Origin: Candidatus Saccharimonadota bacterium
GTDB lineage: Bacteria > Bacteroidota > Bacteroidia > Flavobacteriales > Blattabacteriaceae
Length of the DNA: 32,000 bases
Direction: 5' to 3'
Assembly (NCBI RefSeq): GCF_033372575.1
Contig: NZ_CP104094.1
Span: forward strand, 52,987 to 84,986
Made by a program: the position numbers and the translations under genes. Position 1 is the first letter of the stretch; each line of letters starts with the position of its first letter. The notes beneath the pieces were generated by a model, which saw only the letters and a program-made list of their open reading frames with translations, had not been told where the DNA came from and did no database searches. Positions 26,666 through 32,000 of the stretch are shown here, in pieces.

Positions 26666-28201
26666 TTAAGGATTTAAAAAAAATAATTTTTTAAAATAAA
26701 ATATATTATTTTTTTTTTTAAAAAAATAAAAAAATCCTATTCTGTGAAATTGATAAATATTATATAAATTAATATTATTAATAGATATATCTCCATATAC
26801 GTTAATAGAATTTAAAGAATTTTTATTAATAATATTATTATTTTTAAAATAAATATAATTATATAAAGTAATATTAATTTTAGTATTATATTTAACAGAA
26901 ACCCATTGAATAGTACTTTTAATTTTATTATTTTTAATAGTATTATATATTTTACAATATATTTTTTTTATATTATTATTAATTTTAACAATTTTAAATA
27001 TTTTTATAATATAAGAATATTTAAGTCTTACATAATTATTTAATGATAATCTAAAAAAATTTTTATCATAAATATCTTTAAAATCGTTTTTATCTATGTA
27101 TATAGTTTTAGTAAAAGGAATAATTTTATATTTAGGATAATAATTTTTATTATTTATATAAATCCATTCAATTGAGTTTTTAGGAAAGTTAATAATTGTT
27201 AATTTAATTGGATTTAATATAACTAATAATTTAGGTGATTTATTAATTATTTTTTTTTTAATATATAATTCTAATTTTTTTATATTTATATTATTATTTC
27301 TTTTAGAATATCCTATATTTTTAATAAAATTAATAATATATTTAGCATCATAACCTTTTTTTTTAAATGAAGTAATAGTACATAATCTAGGATCACATAA
27401 ATTATTAATAATTTTTGTTTTTTTTAGAATATTAATTTGTCTTTTACTAGTAATAGTATTAGATATATTTAATCTAGAAAATTCAATTTGTTTAGGCTTT
27501 ATTATATTAAAATTTTTATTATATATTTTATTAATATACCAATCATATAAGGGTTTATGGTGTTGAAATTCAATAGAACATAAAGAATGTGAAATTTTTT
27601 CTATATAATCTGATTGTCCATGTGCCCAATCATAAGTAGGGTAAATACACCATTTATCTTTAGTAAATAAATGTTTTTTATTAATAATTCTATACATTAT
27701 AGGATCTTTTAAATAAAAATTAGGTGAATTATTATTTATTTTAGCTCTTAATATATAAGAATTTTCTTTATATTTACCATTTTTCATATTTTTAAAAAGA
27801 AATAAATTATTTTCAATATTTTTTATATTATATATTTTATTATTATATATTTTTTGTATATAAGCTTTTTTTTTAATTATTAATTGTTTAGCCCATTTAT
27901 ATAAAATATTAAAATAATTAGATATATAAGTAATTTTAGTATATTTAAAACCTAACCATTTAATATTTTTAATAATTTGATTAATATATTTAATATTAAT
28001 ATTATTAGGATTAGTATCTTCAAATCTTAAATTAATTTTAGCATTATATTTTTTAGCTAAAGTAAAATTTATATATAAAGATTTAATATGTCCTAAATGT
28101 AAAAAACCATTAGGTTCAGGAGGAAATCTAAATTTAATATTTTTAATAGATAATCCGTTTTTTATATCATTATCAATAATATTAGTAATAAAATTATTCA
28201 T
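26666..28201 (-). CDS. glnS: Glutaminyl-tRNA synthetase
   Basis: 511 aa. Motifs: FRFPPEPNGFLHLGHIKSLYINF, LRFEDTNP, YPTYDWAHGQSD, and ITSKR (MSK-like). Confidence 0.9.
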   Translation of the reverse strand: MNNFITNIIDNDIKNGLSIKNIKFRFPPEPNGFLHLGHIKSLYINFTLAKKYNAKINLRFEDTNPNNINIKYINQIIKNIKWLGFKYTKITYISNYFNILYKWAKQLIIKKKAYIQKIYNNKIYNIKNIENNLFLFKNMKNGKYKENSYILRAKINNNSPNFYLKDPIMYRIINKKHLFTKDKWCIYPTYDWAHGQSDYIEKISHSLCSIEFQHHKPLYDWYINKIYNKNFNIIKPKQIEFSRLNISNTITSKRQINILKKTKIINNLCDPRLCTITSFKKKGYDAKYIINFIKNIGYSKRNNNINIKKLELYIKKKIINKSPKLLVILNPIKLTIINFPKNSIEWIYINNKNYYPKYKIIPFTKTIYIDKNDFKDIYDKNFFRLSLNNYVRLKYSYIIKIFKIVKINNNIKKIYCKIYNTIKNNKIKSTIQWVSVKYNTKINITLYNYIYFKNNNIINKNSLNSINVYGDISINNINLYNIYQFHRIGFFYFFKKKNNIFYFKKLFFLNP

Positions 28202-29462
28202 TTAAATTTTTAATTAATTTAATTAAAAAATGTATTTTTTTACCTTTTTGAATAATTAAATATTTATTTTTAATTAAATTATTAAAATTAGTAATTAAAT
28301 TATTATTTATTTTTAATCCATTAATTAAAAATAAACCATTATTATTAATAAATTTTTTATATTCTGAATTAGAATTAAAAAATATTTTGTTTTTAATAAA
28401 ATTAAAAATATATATATTTTTTATTTTATTATAATAATAATTATAAGTTTTAATATTATTTTTAATAATATTAATATATTTATTAATTAATTTAATATTA
28501 AATTTATTATTAAATAATATTTTTGAAATAATAATTGATATTTTATAATTTTTTTTATTGTGTACCCATTGAGTAATTTCTTTAGCAATTTTATTTTGTA
28601 ATATTTTTTTTTCAGGATTTTTAATATGATTAGAAATAATTTGTTTAATTATTTTTTTTTTTTTAAAAGAAAAATATTTAATATATTTAATACAATTTTT
28701 ATCTGATAAATTAATAAAGTATTGATAAAAGTAATAAACTGAAGTATATTTTTTATTTAACCAAATATTATTATTTTTTTTATTACTTTTACTAAATTTT
28801 ATATTATTATTATTTAATAATAAAGGAAATGTAAATCCATGAACATTTTTATTATATTTTTTTTTTATTATTTTTATTCCAGTTAATATATTACTCCATT
28901 GATCAGATCCACCAATTTGTAAATTACATTTATATTTTTTATATAAATAATAATAATCATAACCTTGTAATAATTGATATAAAAATTTTGTAATTTTAAT
29001 ATTATTATTATTATTTAATTTATTATAAATTATTTTTTTTTTTAACATAAAATTTAAATTTATATATTTACATATTTTTTTTAAAAAATTATATAAATTA
29101 AGTTTATTTAACCATTTATTATTATTAATAATTTTAATATTTTTAATATTTAATAAATTATATATTTGTTTTTTAATATTTTTAATATTTTTTTTTATTA
29201 ATTTAATTTTATTTTTATTTAAATTAATTTTAGCAGTAAATTCACCAATTAATATTAAATTAAATTTATAAATTTTATAATAACGATAAATAATAGATAT
29301 TGGTAATAAATGACCAATATGTAAAGAATCATAAGTAGGATCAAAACCAATATATAAAATAATATTATTATTTTTAATAAAGTATTTAATAATATTATTA
29401 GTTTTATTTAATATTAATTTTCTCCATTTTAAATCTTTAAATAATTTTATAATATTATTCAT
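28194..29462 (-). CDS. tyrS: Tyrosyl-tRNA synthetase
   Basis: Motifs: YIGFDPTYDSLHIGHLLP, QIGGSDQW and KFSKS. I place the start at the internal ATG (29460-29462, MNNIIKLFKDLKW...). That gives the usual ~38 residues before GFDPT. The track's longer start would overlap tsaD. Confidence 0.88.
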   Translation of the reverse strand: MNNIIKLFKDLKWRKLILNKTNNIIKYFIKNNNIILYIGFDPTYDSLHIGHLLPISIIYRYYKIYKFNLILIGEFTAKINLNKNKIKLIKKNIKNIKKQIYNLLNIKNIKIINNNKWLNKLNLYNFLKKICKYINLNFMLKKKIIYNKLNNNNNIKITKFLYQLLQGYDYYYLYKKYKCNLQIGGSDQWSNILTGIKIIKKKYNKNVHGFTFPLLLNNNNIKFSKSNKKNNNIWLNKKYTSVYYFYQYFINLSDKNCIKYIKYFSFKKKKIIKQIISNHIKNPEKKILQNKIAKEITQWVHNKKNYKISIIISKILFNNKFNIKLINKYINIIKNNIKTYNYYYNKIKNIYIFNFIKNKIFFNSNSEYKKFINNNGLFLINGLKINNNLITNFNNLIKNKYLIIQKGKKIHFLIKLIKNLNE

Positions 29463-29472
29463 AATAATAAAA

Positions 29473-30507
29473 ATGATAAAAAAAATATTTAAAAAAAAAA
29501 AGATAATATTAGGAATTGACACATCTTTTGATGATACATCTGCATCAATAATAAAGGGAAATAGAGTATTATCAAATATTATAAAAGTTCAAAAAATACA
29601 TAATAAATATAATGGAGTAATACCTAATATAGCATCTAATTATCATTTAAAAAATATATATAATGTAGTAAATATAGCAATTAGAAAGTCTAAAATAAAA
29701 AATAATAATTTAATAAATGGAATAGCTTTTACATGTGGTCCAGGATTAATAAATAGTTTAATAATAGGGGAATTTTTTGCAAAATCAATGGCTTTAGCGT
29801 TAAATATACCATTATTTGGGGTAAATCACGTACAAGCTCATATATTATCAATATTTTTAAAAAATAAAAAATATCCAAAATTTCCTTATATATGTTTAAG
29901 TATAAGTGGAGGACATACTAAATTATTAATAGTAAAGGATTTTTTTAAAATAAAAATAATAGGGGAAACATTAGATGATTCGTTAGGTGATTTAATAGAT
30001 AAAATATCGAATAAATTAGGATTTAATTATTGTGATGGAGCGGAGATGTTAAATAAATATTGTAAAAAAGGAAAAAATAAATATAAATTTCCTATACCTA
30101 GAGTAAAAAATTATAATTTTAGTTTTAGTGGTTTAAAAACATATTTATTTAATTTTATAAAAAATAAAAAAAAAGAATATATAAAAAATAATATAAAAAA
30201 TATATCAAAATCATTTCATATAACTATTTATAAAATATTAATAGAAAAAATAGATAAATTAATAAAAAAAACGAAGATAAGAACATTATTAATATGTGGT
30301 GGAGTATCATGTAATACATATTTAATAAAAAAAATAAAAAAATATAGTGAGGAAAATAAAATAAATTTATTTTATTTAAAAAAAAAAAAATATATAAGAG
30401 ATAATGGAGCAATGATAGCATTGGTAGGATATTTAAAAGATTATTATAAAATTTATGATGATTTAAATATTAAAAGTAATAGTAAATTTAAAATAGAAAA
30501 TTATTAA
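29473..30507 (+). CDS. tsaD: tRNA N6-adenosine threonylcarbamoyltransferase TsaD
   Basis: 344 aa. Motifs: ILGIDTSFDDTSASII, GVNHVQAHI, SISGGHT, CGGVSCN and DNGAMIA. Confidence 0.92.
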   Translation: MIKKIFKKKKIILGIDTSFDDTSASIIKGNRVLSNIIKVQKIHNKYNGVIPNIASNYHLKNIYNVVNIAIRKSKIKNNNLINGIAFTCGPGLINSLIIGEFFAKSMALALNIPLFGVNHVQAHILSIFLKNKKYPKFPYICLSISGGHTKLLIVKDFFKIKIIGETLDDSLGDLIDKISNKLGFNYCDGAEMLNKYCKKGKNKYKFPIPRVKNYNFSFSGLKTYLFNFIKNKKKEYIKNNIKNISKSFHITIYKILIEKIDKLIKKTKIRTLLICGGVSCNTYLIKKIKKYSEENKINLFYLKKKKYIRDNGAMIALVGYLKDYYKIYDDLNIKSNSKFKIENY

Positions 30508-30731
30508 TAATTGTATTTTTTATTAAATTTATCAATTCTACCAGTTATTTTATTATGTGTTCTGTGTCCTATATAAAAAGGATGAGAAAATCTAGAAATT
30601 TCCATTTTATATAAATCATAGGATTTATTATTAATTTTAATTTTATGTTTAGTATTTAAAGTAGATTTACAGAAGAAATATTTTTTATTATTAATATCTT
30701 GAAATACTATTAATCTATAATTAATTTTCAT
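30504..30731 (-). CDS. rpmE: 50S ribosomal protein L31 (type B-like, no CxxC pair)
   Basis: 75 aa with SRFSHPFYIGHRTHNKITGRIDKFNKKY, which matches the pattern HPFYTG.....T.GR..KF.K+Y. Confidence 0.85.
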   Translation of the reverse strand: MKINYRLIVFQDINNKKYFFCKSTLNTKHKIKINNKSYDLYKMEISRFSHPFYIGHRTHNKITGRIDKFNKKYNY

Positions 30732-30739
30732 AAATAATA

Positions 30740-31807
30740 TTATATTTTAATAAATAATAAATCACCATAATTAAATAAACAATATTTATATTTAATAGCT
30801 TCATTATAAATATGAATAATATTATTATATCCACAATAATCAGCTAATAAATGAAAATAATAAGTATTAGGATAAGGGAAAAAAGTTAATAAATTATTAA
30901 TAATATAAGATTTATTTTTATTAGGTAGATCAATAAAATTATTAAAATAACCTTTAAAATGTTTATTATTAATAATAAATTTCTGACATGATTCTATAGT
31001 TTGATATGTATTTAAACCAATAGCACAAATATTAGAATTATTAATTAATGCCTTTAAAATATAATGAACATTATAAGAAGAAATATGTATAAATTCAGGA
31101 TTATATAGAAATTTATTAAAATCATTTAAATTTAATAAATTGTATAAATAATAATTAAAATGATTAGTAATATCTAATATTTTTACAAAATTATATTTTA
31201 ATTTAAGAAAAAATTGTTTAGAAAATTGAATACCAGAGGTAGGTATAAATAAAGCGCCTTCCTTTTTAGCGTAAAAATTTTGATAATAAGTAAAATTTTT
31301 AAATAAATTAATAAAATTAAAAATTTTAGGTAATATAAGATTACCAATTAAATTTAATTTTTTAATAAAAGTTTTATAATCAATATTTAAAATTTTTATA
31401 AGTCTACCTCTAGAAGAAGTATTTTCTAATATATTAGAAGAAATAATTTGTTTATTATTATTATAATTATAATAAAAGAAATTAATAGTATTACCAATTC
31501 TTATTTTTCTAGCATTGTTAATTAAAGTTTCCCAAATATTATTAGATTTATCAATAGCTTTTAATAAAATTAAAGAAATTTTAGATTTATTTTTATAACC
31601 AGTTAATTTACAAGGTAAAACTTTAGTGTTATTTCTTATAATTATATCTTTATATTTAAAATGATCAATTAAATAGTTTATATTTTTATGATATAATTTT
31701 TTTTTTTTTTTATCAAAAACAAGAAGTTTACAATTATCATGACCAAAAGTTGGAAAAATATTTAAACAATATTTAGGAATATTAAATTTAATAGGATAAA
31801 ATGTCAT
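30740..31807 (-). CDS. queA: S-adenosylmethionine:tRNA ribosyltransferase-isomerase QueA
   Basis: 355 aa. The N-terminal FNIPKYCLNIFPTFGHDNCKLLVF...IIIRNNTKVLPCKLTGYK fits the QueA pattern (Y.LP..LIA..P...RD.S+LLV...LV.N.T+V.PARL.G.K). Confidence 0.8.
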   Translation of the reverse strand: MTFYPIKFNIPKYCLNIFPTFGHDNCKLLVFDKKKKKLYHKNINYLIDHFKYKDIIIRNNTKVLPCKLTGYKNKSKISLILLKAIDKSNNIWETLINNARKIRIGNTINFFYYNYNNNKQIISSNILENTSSRGRLIKILNIDYKTFIKKLNLIGNLILPKIFNFINLFKNFTYYQNFYAKKEGALFIPTSGIQFSKQFFLKLKYNFVKILDITNHFNYYLYNLLNLNDFNKFLYNPEFIHISSYNVHYILKALINNSNICAIGLNTYQTIESCQKFIINNKHFKGYFNNFIDLPNKNKSYIINNLLTFFPYPNTYYFHLLADYCGYNNIIHIYNEAIKYKYCLFNYGDLLFIKI

Positions 31808-31924
31808 TTGGATTTGGATATTTAAATAAAAATATATATAATATTAATAAGAATAAATTTGTTAATTGAAAATTAATAAGTTAAAAATAAAATATTAGAA
31901 ATTTTATTATTTCTAATATTTAAT

Positions 31925-32000
31925 TATAAAGAGTTTGATCCTGGCTCAGGATAAACGCTAGCGATTAGCTTTACACATGCAAGTCGAGGGGTAATATAGA
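31925..32000 (+). rRNA. rrs: 16S rRNA, 5' end (partial, continues past the window)
   Basis: AAAGAGTTTGATCCTGGCTCAGGATAAACGCTAGCGATTAGCTTTACACATGCAAGTCGAGGGG. This contains the universal 27F region plus a Bacteroidota-type GAT.AACGCTAGCG. The exact 5' end is uncertain by a few nt. Confidence 0.9.

Noticed and set aside
30224-30421. 65-aa minus-strand ORF from the track
   Set aside because: It is antisense within tsaD and has no motif. Open antisense frames are expected by chance at this base composition.
31854-31861. TAAATTTG matching the Bacteroidota -7 promoter consensus TAnnTTTG upstream of 16S
   Set aside because: There is no TTTG -33 element at the expected ~20-nt spacing; the nearest ones are ~38 nt away. 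Such A/T motifs occur frequently by chance in this composition, so it is not reportable as a promoter.

Overview
This window is extremely AT-rich (by eye well under 20% G+C; only the RNA genes stand out as GC-richer islands) and very tightly packed. It looks like a highly reduced Bacteroidota (Flavobacteriia-type) endosymbiont genome. The evidence is a 16S 5' end reading AGAGTTTGATCCTGGCTCAGGATAAACGCTAGCG, Bacteroidota-typical DUF3276 and DUF2797 genes, a long type-2 IleRS and a GlnRS. I cannot name the organism without a database search. I count 26 protein genes, almost all for translation, tRNA/rRNA modification or ribosome assembly: prfB, hflX, ileS, mnmG, ybeY, obg, rluD, rluB-like, nusB, der, serS, nusA, infB, rng, mnmE, gltX, trmD, a U32-family gene, glnS, tyrS, tsaD, rpmE and queA, plus one metabolic gene (aroA) and two DUF genes. 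There are also 8 tRNAs, tmRNA, RNase P RNA and the first ~75 nt of a 16S rRNA. I see no mobile elements, CRISPR, defence systems or other multi-gene accessory system, so I do not claim a novel system here. The signals worth a second look are gene-integrity and recoding-like anomalies. (1) aroA (EPSP synthase) is conserved over its full length but has a single in-frame TAA at codon 30, directly after the GSKSESNR substrate-binding motif. (2) The DUF2797 gene is split by a frameshift exactly inside an A10 tract, and one extra A restores a textbook alignment, which makes it a candidate for rescue by transcriptional slippage. (3) The DUF3276 (PUR-like) gene has grown tandem repeats at both ends. 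Its ~400-nt array of 18-nt Lys-rich repeats contains a 128-nt higher-order duplication that shifts the frame and strands ~80 more repeat codons after the stop. (4) Intact ORFs carry A/T homopolymers of 13-17 nt. (5) Compaction is extreme: CDS ends run antisense into tRNAs, divergent genes share a CATG start, and convergent genes overlap with no room for terminators. UGA is still a stop codon here, because RF2 is present and genes end in TGA.
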